Sequence record: NZ_CP085281.1
DNA from: a plasmid
Direction: 5' to 3' (one strand)
Length of the DNA stretch: 64,000 nucleotides
The notes beneath the pieces are model-generated. The model did not search any database. It was not told the DNA's origin and saw only the letters and a program-made list of their open reading frames with translations. Within the stretch, counting starts at the first letter, position 1; each line of letters starts with the position of its first letter. Shown piece by piece: positions 1 through 10,023 of the stretch. Position numbers and translations under genes: made by a program.

Positions 1-635
1 TCGATGTCCTCGGCGGCGTAGGCCTCGATGAAGTAGTCGGCGTCGTCTCCGTCGAGGGTGAGCTTGTCCGCGAGATGTTTGTCGACGTCAAGGGTCTCGG
101 GCTCGTTCTCGCTGCGCTGCCCGTGTTGCAGGTCCCCGACGACGTTGAAGTCGATGACCATGGTCTCGGAGGTGTGGATGGGGCCGCCGGAGTCACGCCA
201 TCGGCGTGCTTGGCCGGTGCTGATCTTGGCTCTGGAGGCGAACTGTTTGATACCGCCTGCGCGGTCGATGGCGGCCTGGCGGTCCAGGCGTTGTTGGTCG
301 GCTCCCTTCGGGGTGCGCCCTTTGGAGGCGTTGCGGGTAATGGTGCTTGCCGCTGGTCGTTTTCCGGTTTCCCGTTCGAGGCGCTTGGCCATCTCGTCGG
401 TGCCACGGCGGCGCGCCTCGGCTCGGCGTTTGGATTCTGAAATGCCCTGCCAGCGTTGCGTTTTGCTGAGTTCACGGAACTTGCGTTCGACGAGTGATCG
501 GAATGCTGCGCCGAAGCCCTTGCCGGCGGGCTGCTGCGGGCCCGGACCGCCCGGCGGCGTGGTGGCAGCGCTGGGCGCCGGCGACGACGGTGGGGGCGGC
601 GTCGGAGACGAGCTGGCGAAGCGTCCCTTCTTCAC
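1..635 (-). CDS. Partial hypothetical protein running off the left edge. Candidate GTG start at 635-633 overlaps the stop of the upstream Rep-like gene (GTGA).
   Basis: Manual translation of the minus frame (position mod 3 = 2) gives a stop-free, high-GC3 reading with a Pro/Ser-rich N-terminus and a sensible C-terminal part (…ETMVIDFNVVGDLQHGQRSENEPETLDVDKHLADKLTLDGDDADYFIEAYAAEDI…). The ORF track omits it because it is partial. The opposing + ORFs 58..696 and 75..440 are Arg/Ser/Cys-rich junk. Confidence 0.45.
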   Translation of the reverse strand, partial: MKKGRFASSSPTPPPPSSPAPSAATTPPGGPGPQQPAGKGFGAAFRSLVERKFRELSKTQRWQGISESKRRAEARRRGTDEMAKRLERETGKRPAASTITRNASKGRTPKGADQQRLDRQAAIDRAGGIKQFASRAKISTGQARRWRDSGGPIHTSETMVIDFNVVGDLQHGQRSENEPETLDVDKHLADKLTLDGDDADYFIEAYAAEDI

Positions 636-2449
636 TGGTCGTCTCTTTGCGCCTCGGTGCCGTCCGTGGCGGGCTGATCGGCGCTGGTCCATTTGATCCG
701 GTATTTGCCGTTGGCAGTGGACTTCTCGTCGAGGATCGCGGGGTCGGTTCCTGCTGGGACGCGGTAGATCCAGGCGTCGAGTTCGGCGGCGATCGGGTAG
801 AGGCCGTGTGTCGAGGCGATGCCGGCCGCGTAGCGCAGGGCCCGGAATCGTGTGTCGGCGCGGATCGCGGCGTACCAGGCCGGTTGCTGGTGTTCACGTT
901 GGTAGGGCGCCCATTTGTCGCTGGCCATTCGCCCGAGGTAGGTCGTGTAGATCGCCTTGATCATCTGCTGGTAGTCCAGTCGGTCGGCGTCTCGGGCTTC
1001 CTGGAGCTTGCTGCGCAGGGCGTCGGCCCATCCCCGGAGCAGTCGGGACTGCTCCGGCCAGACCCATGCGCTGGTGATGTCGAGTTCCTCGACGGCCAGG
1101 CCCGCGCCGCCGGATTCCACGGGCGCGGTGAGGTGCTGGATGCTGCGGGTGGTGACCCACAAGGTGGTGGGCTCCTTCCAGTGCATGCCCGGATGTGGCA
1201 GCGGCAGCTTTGTGGTCAGTCCGTCCATCTGCTCTGCCGGGGGCAGGTTGAGTCGCCAGAGGCCGAACGGGGGGCGTTGTTCGTGGAAGACGTCGACCTT
1301 GACTCGGTGCATCTCCTTGGGCTTGCCGAAGCCGAGTTCGACCTGCCCGGCGGAAGCGAGGTAGGCCGCTCGTTGATCGACCTGGACGTCGATGGCGTCT
1401 TCACGCCCGCGGTGCGGACGGTTGTCCCACTTGACCGGGAGGGTGGGTTCCAGATCGGCGCCAGCCTCCACGGTGACTTCGGTGGGCAGCGGGCAAGCCT
1501 CGATCGCCTTGGTTCGCCCTGACTGTCGTTTGCGGTCGAGGAGCTGGGCTCCCACGGTGGCCCATCTTGACGCCGGGACGAGGCCGGCGTCACCGATGCC
1601 GGCGAGCCAGGCGATGCGGTCGGCCAGGATCCTGACGGCCTCGGATTCATCCTCGGGCAATTCCGTCGGGGTTCCCTCGATCCCGGCCACGCCCATGTCG
1701 CCGGGGCGTTGCGGCGGCTGGTCCAGATAGAGCAGCGGCACCAAGACGATCTGTGCTTTGCGCGTGGTTCCGTCATGGTCGGTGAATCGACATGTGAACC
1801 AACCCGATTGGCTCCAGGTCACCTCACATCCGAAGGTCTGGGCAACCAGTGCCGCCACGTCGTCGGGCAGGTTGTCCATCGGCACGCCCAGTGCGGCGAG
1901 CGCCTCGTAGGTGAACCACACCTGCGGTTGGTCCTTGGGCTTGGGTCCCCAGTTCCAGACCAGGAACTTGTGCAGCGCGTCGCCGTTGGGCATGGGCCCG
2001 GCCACGACCACACCTGAGGGCTTGACGATGCCCCTACTGGTGGCGATCGCGACGCGGCCGTCGGCGATGATCGGGGTGTTGGTCCACTGCCGACTCTTCG
2101 GCTCCCATGGGGACGTGCCGTCATCGCTGGTCTCTGCCTGCCCTTGGTTCGTGGCCTCGGGCTCGGGGGTGGTGTCGAGGACGCGCTCTTCGTACTCCCG
2201 GACGGTCTCCTCGAACCAGCCTCTCCAGAAACCGTTCTCTCGCGAACGGTCCCCGATCGTCATATCGGAGTCGGGGAAGTCGGTGGGAAGGGCGCTGCGG
2301 CCGATCCGGGCCACCACCTGTTGACGGGACAGGCCCACCAAATCCTCTGGCGTGCCCTTGGTTTCGATATACCACTGGAGGATGTCGTTGGTTTCGTCGT
2401 CGGCGTCCAGACGGTATGTGCGACCGCCTACGGTCAGTCGATAGAGCAT
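632..2449 (-). CDS. Large conserved protein, possibly a plasmid/ICE replication initiator (RepSA/RepAM-like); speculative.
   Basis: 627-aa ORF with a likely ATG at 2449 (MLYRLTVGGRTYRL…). Codon bias is consistent. It sits downstream of a small HTH gene, as in actinomycete integrative elements. Assignment rests on architecture and size only. Confidence 0.5.
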   Translation of the reverse strand: MLYRLTVGGRTYRLDADDETNDILQWYIETKGTPEDLVGLSRQQVVARIGRSALPTDFPDSDMTIGDRSRENGFWRGWFEETVREYEERVLDTTPEPEATNQGQAETSDDGTSPWEPKSRQWTNTPIIADGRVAIATSRGIVKPSGVVVAGPMPNGDALHKFLVWNWGPKPKDQPQVWFTYEALAALGVPMDNLPDDVAALVAQTFGCEVTWSQSGWFTCRFTDHDGTTRKAQIVLVPLLYLDQPPQRPGDMGVAGIEGTPTELPEDESEAVRILADRIAWLAGIGDAGLVPASRWATVGAQLLDRKRQSGRTKAIEACPLPTEVTVEAGADLEPTLPVKWDNRPHRGREDAIDVQVDQRAAYLASAGQVELGFGKPKEMHRVKVDVFHEQRPPFGLWRLNLPPAEQMDGLTTKLPLPHPGMHWKEPTTLWVTTRSIQHLTAPVESGGAGLAVEELDITSAWVWPEQSRLLRGWADALRSKLQEARDADRLDYQQMIKAIYTTYLGRMASDKWAPYQREHQQPAWYAAIRADTRFRALRYAAGIASTHGLYPIAAELDAWIYRVPAGTDPAILDEKSTANGKYRIKWTSADQPATDGTEAQRDDQ

Positions 2450-2468
2450 GGGGTCTCCCCGTTCTGGT

Positions 2469-2789
2469 TCAGCGTTGGTCTTTGCGTGGCGGCGGGATGT
2501 GGATGGCGAGTGCATCCGGTAGACGTCCTTGGCGCCATCGCAGGCGCAGCGATTCCACCGCGCTGGCGGTGCGTCCGACCCGAAGGGCGGCTTCGGGAAC
2601 GGACAGGGTCAGGTCCAGGGCCGTTTTGGCGTCATCGACGTTCCACGGTTTTTTGACGTTCTGCGGGCGTCCCGGCACAGCGGTTCGCCTGGCGCGCCGT
2701 TCGACGTAGCGGCGGCGTTCCTCACGGCGTCCCTCGGCGAAGCCGGCTCCGTCGTAATCCATGGCTACACCGTAACACCCCTCAGGCAT
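2469..2789 (-). CDS. Small HTH DNA-binding protein (excisionase/MerR-AlpA-like).
   Basis: 106-aa ORF (alternative start at 2762, MDYDGAG…). The motif …WNVDDAKTALDLTLSVPEAALRVGRTASAVESLRLRW… resembles an HTH. It is divergent from the helicase gene, and its stop overlaps the Rep-like start region. Confidence 0.45.
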   Translation of the reverse strand: MPEGCYGVAMDYDGAGFAEGRREERRRYVERRARRTAVPGRPQNVKKPWNVDDAKTALDLTLSVPEAALRVGRTASAVESLRLRWRQGRLPDALAIHIPPPRKDQR

Positions 2790-2886
2790 TACGGTCGGAA
2801 TACCTGAGTAGTATGTTGATACGAGCGTGGCGCCAGTCGCTGCCGGCCGAAGTTGTCAGAGGTCGTCGCTACAGTGCCCAACGAAC

Positions 2887-2904
2887 GCCGGAACACGTTC
2901 CGGC
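2887..2904. promoter_or_regulatory. Near-perfect palindrome GCCGGAAC-AC-GTTCCGGC in the divergent promoter region; candidate operator.
   Basis: Read directly. 8-bp arms with a 2-bp centre, located ~55 bp upstream of the ATG at 2959. Its CACGT core resembles the recurring window motif. Confidence 0.35.
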
Positions 2905-2958
2905 GCTACTGAACCGGCCAGCCCCGAGGGGTTGGTCACCGAACCGAAAGGTGCTCCG

Positions 2959-5900
2959 ATGGCTCCTACTCTTTCCGCTGCCCGCGCCGCGCTCCACGCT
3001 GTTCACGCCCTACATGATCTGCGCCCTGGCGCCTCCCCCACCCCGCAACAGCGCGCCGTTCTGCTGCGCTTCCCCGGCTGGGGTACTGCTGCACCCTTGT
3101 TTGATTCGCAACCGGCCAAGTCGTGGGCTGCGCTGGCCGATGAACTCGAGGATCTGGATCCCTCTGCGATGAAGGCCGCCGCGCGGGTGGTCGATACGTC
3201 GTTCTACACCCCGCCGGTCTTGATCGAGCACATCTACCGACTGTTGCAGCACGCCGGCTTCCACGGGGGCGAGGTCCTGGATTTGGGCTGCGGTACCGGC
3301 CGCTTCCTGAGCCATGCCCCGACCGATCTGCCGATCGCCTACACCGGTGTCGACGTCGATCCGGTCGCCGCCCGCATCGGCGCCGTGTTGCATCCCGAGG
3401 CAACGATTCTCGCCGAGCGTCTCCAGAACGTCTCGTTGCCCAGCAACCGCTTTGACGCGGCCGTGGGCAATGTGCCGTTTTCGGCTGCCAACGTCTCTGA
3501 CCCGGGTATCGACTTCCACGGGCCGCTGCATGAGTACTTCCTGGTGCGCGCGGCGCGGGCGGTGCGCCCAGGCGGTTACGTGGTGATGGTGACCTCGCGG
3601 CACACCTTGGATGCGGCGGCCGGGTTGTCGTACTCGCTGCGGGCGCACGCCGACCTACTGGCGGCCATTCGTCTACCGGCGGGCTACTTCGCCGCCGAGG
3701 GCACCGATGTGGTCGCTGACGTGTTGGTGCTGCGGGCCCGCGACGTCGACGAGCCGCGCCAGGGGTGGGACCCCCGACAACCCGGGGAGTTGCTGAGCGG
3801 CACCGATGGCCAGGGGCGCTCCGCTTCGGCTCGCGTGAGCGCATTCTGGTCGGCCCACCCGGAGCTGGTCGCCGGGACGATGCGGCTGACGGGGTTTCAT
3901 CAGAACCCGGTCACGGTTGAGGCTGATGATCCGCACGGCTCGGTCGCTGAAGCCTTCGGCGCCGCCCGCCGCTTGCTGGTGCCGTATCCGACCGGCAACG
4001 CGGTCAGCAGCACGTTCTCCGATGTCGTGCTCACCGATGCCGAGGGACGCAAGGAGGGCTCGTTTCACCTCGTCGACGGGAAGATGGCGCGTGTCGTCGA
4101 GGGCCAGCTGCAGCCCGTTGTGCGGCCTAGCAAGGAGCTGCACGCCCTCGTCGCGCTGCGGGACGCCACGGTCGCCCTGGTCACCGCTGAGGCCGATTGG
4201 GACACCCAGGATTCGGCTCTGGATTCGTTGCGCACCACGTGCCGCGAGGCCTACCTGGCCTACGTGGAGCGCTTCGGTCCCCTCAACCGCGGCACGCTGA
4301 TCGAGGGCAAGATTGACCCTGACACCGGTCTACCCAAGCTGAGCTGGCGCGTCCCCACCATGTCGGGTTTCCGTGGAGATCCTGACGCCGCGCTGGTGTT
4401 CGCCTTGGAACGTTTCGACCAGGAGACCGGTGATGCCGCGCCGGCGGCCATCCTGCAGCGCCGGGTCAACCGGCGCCCCGTTCCCGTCACCCGTGTGGAC
4501 ACTGCCGGTGAGGCGATGGCCGTCTCCCTGGGCGAAGGCCGTGGCCTCGACCTGAGTCGCGTCGCCGAACTGTTGGGATTGCCCACCACAGAGGCCGCGT
4601 TCGCCGCGCTCGGGGATCTGGCCTACCGAGATCCCGCCACCGGTGCCGTGTGCACGGCCCGCGACTACTTGTGCGGCGATGTCCGCACCAAGTTGCAGGA
4701 CGCTCTGGCTGCTGCCGCGACCGACCCCTCCTATGAGCGCAATGTGACGGCGTTGCAAGAGGTTCAGCCGCGCTGGCTGGGCCGCGACGAGGTGCGTATC
4801 GAGCTGGGCTCACCATGGGTGACCGCTGGCGACATCGAGGACTTCTGCCGCGAGGTGTTCGGCGCGAAATGGGTCAAGGTCCATCACATTGCACCGCTGG
4901 CGGCGTGGGAAATTCAGGGAAACGCCCGTGAGATCAACCCCGAGGCGAAGATCACCTACACCACCACCCGCAAGTCGGCGTTCGACCTGCTGCAGGCCGG
5001 GCTGAATAGCACCTCCCCGACCGTGTACGACGAGGTTTACGACCCCATCGCCCGCAGCACCCGACGGGTCCGCAACGCCGATGAGACCGAGGCGGCGCAA
5101 GCCGCTCTGACCGCGATCGAGCAGCGCTTCTCGTTGTGGGTCTGGGAGTCACCACAACGCGAGCAGCGTCTCCTCGATCGCTACAACCACGCGATGAACT
5201 CCCACGTTCTGCGTCGCGATGATGGCTCCTACCTGACGTTCCCTGGACTCGCCGACGACTTGGAACTGTGGTGGTGGCAGCGCGATTTCGTCGACCGCGC
5301 ACTATCCATCCCCGCCGCCTTCAATGCCCACGAAGTCGGCTTAGGGAAAACGCGTACAGCTATTGCGTTGTGTATGACGTTGCGCCAGTTCGGAATTGCC
5401 AACCGCCCTCTCTACATTGTGCCGAATCACCTTATCGAACAGGCACAAAGAGAGACCTTGCAATCCGCCCCGGCGGGCAAGATCCTGGTGGTCACCCGCG
5501 AGGACCTGACCCGCTACGGCCGGCGCCTGTTCGCCGCGCGCTGCGCCACCGGCGACTGGGACATGGTGATCATGACGCACGAAACGTTCGCATCCATGCC
5601 GGTGCCGGCCGAGGTGGAGCGTGAATGGCTCGACGATCAACTCGCCGAGCTGGAGGACTACAAACGCAGCCAAGGCGACAACGGTAAGCGCATCGCCGCG
5701 GCTGTGCGTTCGCTGGAGGGCCGCATCGAGCGGCTGCGCGATGTCGCCACCGACGCCGATGCAATCACCTTCGACATGCTGGGCATCGACTATCTGGCGG
5801 TCGACGAGGCCGACCGCTTCCGCCGGCTGCCGATTACGACGCGAGCGGAAGGGTTCAGCCTGGGCGCCAGTAAGCGGGCCACCGATCTGTTGCTGAAGCT

Positions 5901-7635
5901 GTCGATGCTGCGCCGCGCCAATCCCACGCGGCCTTACGCGAGCCTTTTCACGGGCACCCCCTACACCAACACGCTGGCGGAAGCATATGTGTGGCAACGC
6001 TTTTGCGACCCCGGCCGACTGGTAGAGTCCGGCCTGGGCCACTTCGATGCATGGGCTGCACAGTTCGTCCGCTACGAAACCCTCGTCGAGGTCAGCCCGG
6101 ACGGTTCGGGCTTCCGCAGCCGCCGCCGCCCGGTGGTCATCCAGAACGTTCCCGAGCTGCGAACGATGATCGGCTCGTTCATGTCCATGGTGCGTAGCTC
6201 GATGACAGACCTGAAGCTGCCGACACCGCATCAGCACACCCTCGTCGTGCAGCCCACGGACAACACGCGCGCCTTCATGACCAATTTGGTCAAGCGCGCC
6301 GATGACCTGCGGGCCCGCCGAGTGCAGCCGGACAAGGACAACATGCTGGCGATCTGCGGCGATGGCCGCAAGGTGGCGTTGGATCCCAACCTGGTCGGCT
6401 TCGCCGAGGTGGCCCCGAAGCTGGAGGCGGTCGCCGAGAACGTGGCGGCGATCTACCACCGGACACGGCACTCGGTGTATCCGAATTCGCCTGTGCCGGG
6501 CGCTTTCCAGTTGGTGCTGTGCGATCTGGGCACTCCCCATCCCGGCGACGCGCAGAGCTACGGGCGGATCCGCAGCGGACTCATCGCGCGCGGTGTGCCG
6601 GCCGAGCGGATCCGATTCATCCACGAGGCGACCAATTCGAAAGCCAGAGAGGCGCTATTTGCAGCGTGCCGTGACGGTCGTGTGTCGGTGTTGTTCGGCT
6701 CGACGCCGAAAGTTGGTGTAGGAACCAACATTCAGAACAGGATGGTTGCTCTGCACCATGTCGATCCGACTTGGACGGCACGCGACTGGGATCAGCGCAA
6801 CGGCCGCGGTGTGCGCAACGGTAATCTGCACGATGACATCGACATCTACTGCTACGCCGTCGAGGGGTCGTTCGACGCCTACATGTTCCAGTTGGCCGAG
6901 CGCAAGAGCCGCGGCTTCGAGCAGCTCTACCGCACCGATTCCGAGGTCAGGGAGATCGAGGATTTGGGCGACGGGACACTGAGCTTCGGGGAGCTGAAGG
7001 CCGCCGCCGCGGGCAACACACTGCTGCTGCGCCAGCACGAACTGCAGGTCCTTGTCCGCAAGCTGCGCCTCAAGCATGTGACTGCCCGCCAGAACGTCAA
7101 CGCCGCGTTGAATGCCGCGGCCGAGGCCGAGCGGCACGCCGACGCCCTGCTGTCGCGGGCGCGACGGCTGGCCGAACTCGTCGACTACCGGAGCCAGCTG
7201 GCGCCGCTGGACTTGTCCCGGTGCGCGGAGAACGCCGTGTCGGGCAATGGCCATCGCGCCCGGTGGTCTAGTGGCCCGCTGGTGGTGCAGATCGCGGAGG
7301 AGCGCGGTGATCATCACGTGAAGGTCAGCTTCGGGTACCGCACGCTGTGGAGCCAGGTGTTGCCGGCCAAGGTCCGGCGTCAGGGAGCCGAGGCTGTCGC
7401 GGCATGGACGCGGGCCTGGGTCAGCGGATGCCTCGACGGCGCGGCCGCCGAGCACGCCGAGATCATCGGCCGCGCCAGCGCCGCCCAGGACCGGGCCGCG
7501 CAGTCCCGTGCGGCCGCGGCCGGCACGGATCTATCCGCACCGCAGGAGTTGATCGCCGCCGAGACGGAGCTGGCCGAGATCAGCGCCCGGATCAAAGACG
7601 AGATCCTCGACGCCCGCGGCGAGGAGGCCGCCTGA
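2959..7635 (+). CDS. Fusion protein: N6-adenine DNA methyltransferase domain + SNF2/DEAD-like helicase domains (anti-restriction / DNA-processing type, as often seen on conjugative elements).
   Basis: 1558 aa from an ATG at 2959 preceded by GAAAGG. The N-terminus has a SAM-MTase glycine loop (VLDLGCGTGRF) and an NPPF-like motif IV (VGNVPFS). The middle has helicase motifs (AVDEADRFRRL, Walker-like GLGKTRTAIAL) and a C-terminal helicase domain (HHVDPTWTARDWDQRNGRGVRNGN). Confidence 0.85.
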   Translation: MAPTLSAARAALHAVHALHDLRPGASPTPQQRAVLLRFPGWGTAAPLFDSQPAKSWAALADELEDLDPSAMKAAARVVDTSFYTPPVLIEHIYRLLQHAGFHGGEVLDLGCGTGRFLSHAPTDLPIAYTGVDVDPVAARIGAVLHPEATILAERLQNVSLPSNRFDAAVGNVPFSAANVSDPGIDFHGPLHEYFLVRAARAVRPGGYVVMVTSRHTLDAAAGLSYSLRAHADLLAAIRLPAGYFAAEGTDVVADVLVLRARDVDEPRQGWDPRQPGELLSGTDGQGRSASARVSAFWSAHPELVAGTMRLTGFHQNPVTVEADDPHGSVAEAFGAARRLLVPYPTGNAVSSTFSDVVLTDAEGRKEGSFHLVDGKMARVVEGQLQPVVRPSKELHALVALRDATVALVTAEADWDTQDSALDSLRTTCREAYLAYVERFGPLNRGTLIEGKIDPDTGLPKLSWRVPTMSGFRGDPDAALVFALERFDQETGDAAPAAILQRRVNRRPVPVTRVDTAGEAMAVSLGEGRGLDLSRVAELLGLPTTEAAFAALGDLAYRDPATGAVCTARDYLCGDVRTKLQDALAAAATDPSYERNVTALQEVQPRWLGRDEVRIELGSPWVTAGDIEDFCREVFGAKWVKVHHIAPLAAWEIQGNAREINPEAKITYTTTRKSAFDLLQAGLNSTSPTVYDEVYDPIARSTRRVRNADETEAAQAALTAIEQRFSLWVWESPQREQRLLDRYNHAMNSHVLRRDDGSYLTFPGLADDLELWWWQRDFVDRALSIPAAFNAHEVGLGKTRTAIALCMTLRQFGIANRPLYIVPNHLIEQAQRETLQSAPAGKILVVTREDLTRYGRRLFAARCATGDWDMVIMTHETFASMPVPAEVEREWLDDQLAELEDYKRSQGDNGKRIAAAVRSLEGRIERLRDVATDADAITFDMLGIDYLAVDEADRFRRLPITTRAEGFSLGASKRATDLLLKLSMLRRANPTRPYASLFTGTPYTNTLAEAYVWQRFCDPGRLVESGLGHFDAWAAQFVRYETLVEVSPDGSGFRSRRRPVVIQNVPELRTMIGSFMSMVRSSMTDLKLPTPHQHTLVVQPTDNTRAFMTNLVKRADDLRARRVQPDKDNMLAICGDGRKVALDPNLVGFAEVAPKLEAVAENVAAIYHRTRHSVYPNSPVPGAFQLVLCDLGTPHPGDAQSYGRIRSGLIARGVPAERIRFIHEATNSKAREALFAACRDGRVSVLFGSTPKVGVGTNIQNRMVALHHVDPTWTARDWDQRNGRGVRNGNLHDDIDIYCYAVEGSFDAYMFQLAERKSRGFEQLYRTDSEVREIEDLGDGTLSFGELKAAAAGNTLLLRQHELQVLVRKLRLKHVTARQNVNAALNAAAEAERHADALLSRARRLAELVDYRSQLAPLDLSRCAENAVSGNGHRARWSSGPLVVQIAEERGDHHVKVSFGYRTLWSQVLPAKVRRQGAEAVAAWTRAWVSGCLDGAAAEHAEIIGRASAAQDRAAQSRAAAAGTDLSAPQELIAAETELAEISARIKDEILDARGEEAA

Positions 7636-7647
7636 CGCGGTAGCGCC

Positions 7648-7692
7648 GATGCCACGTCCCCGCCGCCCGCCTCGATGCGGGGACGTGGCATC
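7648..7692. terminator. 14-bp perfect inverted repeat GATGCCACGTCCCC-N17-GGGGACGTGGCATC immediately after the helicase stop; terminator and/or operator.
   Basis: Read directly. The arms are copies of the recurring window motif. There is no T-tract, which is common in mycobacteria. Confidence 0.4.
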
Positions 7693-7765
7693 ACCCCTGG
7701 TCGGCGGCCTAACGGGATACGCTCGCTGCTGTGATCCGCTCAGCACTGCACCCAGGCCCCGCGCG

Positions 7766-8716
7766 ATGGTGAAACGCAGAGCTGCCCCGTGGGCCCCCAC
7801 CAGTGTGCCCGACATGCGCCGCCAGTGGTGCAAGGCTCTGGACACCCTGGTCGATCGCCAATCGTCAGCCCTGCATGAGCCGTCCGGCGCCCCAGCAGAG
7901 GGCGGTCGGCGCCTGCAGCGCATGCAGGCCAAGCTGGCCGAATCGCTGACCCAGATGAGCACCGAGACGGATGCGATCCGCCGCGCGGAGCTGTACTGGG
8001 TCTCGCGCGACATGGTCGACGTCGCTCTGGACGCCGCCGACTCGCTACCGGAGTGGACGCCGGCGATCGCCGCCCCCGCGCCCACAGGGGTGTTGTGCTG
8101 GGCCAAGCCGGCCGGCGACGTTCCCTGGAACGCGTTGAGCTCAACAGACCCCACCGAAGTGTCCTGGGACGGCTTGTGGTGGTGGTCGCGACCCGATGGC
8201 AAACTCCAGCTTCAACCGCTCTCACGGCTCGCCAAGAACCGCGAGCTGCTCGCCCCCTACGAGGTGTCCTCACCGCTGTGGGCGACGAACCCGACACTGC
8301 TGCTCGAACCGCTGGTTCCCCGTACCGCCGAGGTGGCCCGCTCCGCTGAGTCCTCCCCCTTGGTGAGCGTGGTCGGCGCGGCGTGGCTACTGATGGGCCA
8401 GCCCACCGTTGCGGCCACCAGGCCCCTCGAATCGTCGACGCGCGCTCGCGCCGACGGCGACTCGGATACGCGCCACCCAGATCCCGACCGGGTCAGCATC
8501 ATCGAACTGCGACGTCCAATGAGCCCTCCCCGCGAGCACGACGGCACCAGCTCCGAGCGGACATATCAGCGCCGATGGTGGGTGGGCGGGCACTGGCGTC
8601 AACAAGCGTGCGGACCCAACCATGCTGACCGACGTCCGAAGTGGATCGCACCATACGTCAAGGGCCCTGAAGGAGCCCCGTTGACCAAAGACCGCGTTCA
8701 CGTGTGGCGCCGCTGA
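7766..8716 (+). CDS. Hypothetical protein.
   Basis: ORF 7649..8716 has strong GC3 bias. The upstream 7649 start lies inside the hairpin, so the ATG at 7766 (MVKRRAAPW…) is preferred. No recognisable domains (Trp-rich). Confidence 0.45.
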   Translation: MVKRRAAPWAPTSVPDMRRQWCKALDTLVDRQSSALHEPSGAPAEGGRRLQRMQAKLAESLTQMSTETDAIRRAELYWVSRDMVDVALDAADSLPEWTPAIAAPAPTGVLCWAKPAGDVPWNALSSTDPTEVSWDGLWWWSRPDGKLQLQPLSRLAKNRELLAPYEVSSPLWATNPTLLLEPLVPRTAEVARSAESSPLVSVVGAAWLLMGQPTVAATRPLESSTRARADGDSDTRHPDPDRVSIIELRRPMSPPREHDGTSSERTYQRRWWVGGHWRQQACGPNHADRRPKWIAPYVKGPEGAPLTKDRVHVWRR

Positions 8717-9948
8717 GCGCGCCTGTCAGGAGGGACTCGGTGACCACACCCCGCCACGACCCGCAGCTGTCCGCGATCCTCGACCATTTCGCATTGGTGA
8801 AGCGCGAAGGAAACTGCTCGGGGCCGGCAGCGCACCAACTCCGCAACCTGATTCTCGAGGAGTACCAGGAAAGACAGGCCCCGCCACGGCGGCTGGATGC
8901 CATCCGATTGATGACCAACCTGCGCGCCTACCGGGGGTGGAGCCCGCTGCCGTGTTCGACCGTGGCTCTCACCGATACCGACACCGAGGCCTATCTGGAC
9001 GACAGAGACGGCTCAATCATCCGCTGGATTCGCCGGATCGAGATGACCATGCTGCTGTACGCCGACGAGTTCGTCGAGCAAGATCCGCTGTCCTTTGAAC
9101 AGCACTACGCGGGCCCCTTCGATCCTGAAAGCGCCCCGGAAGGCCTCGCGTGGCGCTGCATGACAAGCCTTGACCGCCTCTCGAAGGTGAAGCCACTCAT
9201 CGACGCCGGGATCCTCATCATGGCTCCCATCGCCGATGATCCCGACGATTCGATGGACAGCACAGACACCGAGTTCGAGCAGTACTTGCGTGCAAGGGGA
9301 TTCACTGCTGGCGAGATCCGAGACCTCAGTCCTTTTGAGCCTTGGTATCTGCGCGACGCGCGCAGGAACGCGCTCCTTAATGACGCGACGCTCATACCCA
9401 CACAATCGTTTCACTGGCACTATCTCGCTTTTCTGGATGCTCGGGAGGCTGGCCGGCACCGCGCCCCGGAACCGCCGGCCGCCACCACTGCTGAGCAGGT
9501 GGCGTCGAGCCTTCTCACCCTCGATCTACCGATCTTTGCCGGCGCACCCGTCGACACCTTGGTGAAGATCCATCAGAACGAAGAGGCGTTCGCGGAGTGG
9601 AGGGCGGCGCTACGCGGGGCCGCTCGACAGATCAACGCAACATGCACTGACAGCGGGTTTCAGGACGACGCGAGAGAGGTCTATGAGGACATGCTGCTCC
9701 CCATAACCGCCGCCGTCGACCGTGCCACGAAACGTTCTCGCGTGCTCAAGAACCTTGCCCTGGAGCAGGCTGCGCGCGTCTCGTTGGGAGCGACCCTTGG
9801 GTATGCCAGCAGCACCATGCTCGGGTTGCCCCCGACTGGTGCGGTGTCCGGTGCCGTCGTCGGCGGATTGACCAGCGCCGCCTACGGCGTCATGCGACCC
9901 GAGAAGCCGAAGGGTGCGGCCGCCATCATCTCCATGCTCAAGCGATGA
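8704..9948 (+). CDS. Hypothetical protein with a Gly/Ala-rich hydrophobic C-terminal segment.
   Basis: 414-aa ORF whose start overlaps the stop of the upstream gene. Codon bias fits. C-terminus …GAVSGAVVGGLTSAAYGVM…. Confidence 0.5.
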   Translation: MAPLSAPVRRDSVTTPRHDPQLSAILDHFALVKREGNCSGPAAHQLRNLILEEYQERQAPPRRLDAIRLMTNLRAYRGWSPLPCSTVALTDTDTEAYLDDRDGSIIRWIRRIEMTMLLYADEFVEQDPLSFEQHYAGPFDPESAPEGLAWRCMTSLDRLSKVKPLIDAGILIMAPIADDPDDSMDSTDTEFEQYLRARGFTAGEIRDLSPFEPWYLRDARRNALLNDATLIPTQSFHWHYLAFLDAREAGRHRAPEPPAATTAEQVASSLLTLDLPIFAGAPVDTLVKIHQNEEAFAEWRAALRGAARQINATCTDSGFQDDAREVYEDMLLPITAAVDRATKRSRVLKNLALEQAARVSLGATLGYASSTMLGLPPTGAVSGAVVGGLTSAAYGVMRPEKPKGAAAIISMLKR

Positions 9949-10023
9949 CCTTGCCCCCGGTCAGCGCTGCTGCGCTGCTGTCGCTTACGTGCCCACCCGA
10001 GGAATTGGACTTCTGTACCGCTG

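Noticed and set aside
58-696. Plus-strand ORFs 58..696 and 75..440.
   Set aside because: Arg/Ser/Cys-rich low-complexity translations, antisense to a better codon-biased minus-strand frame.
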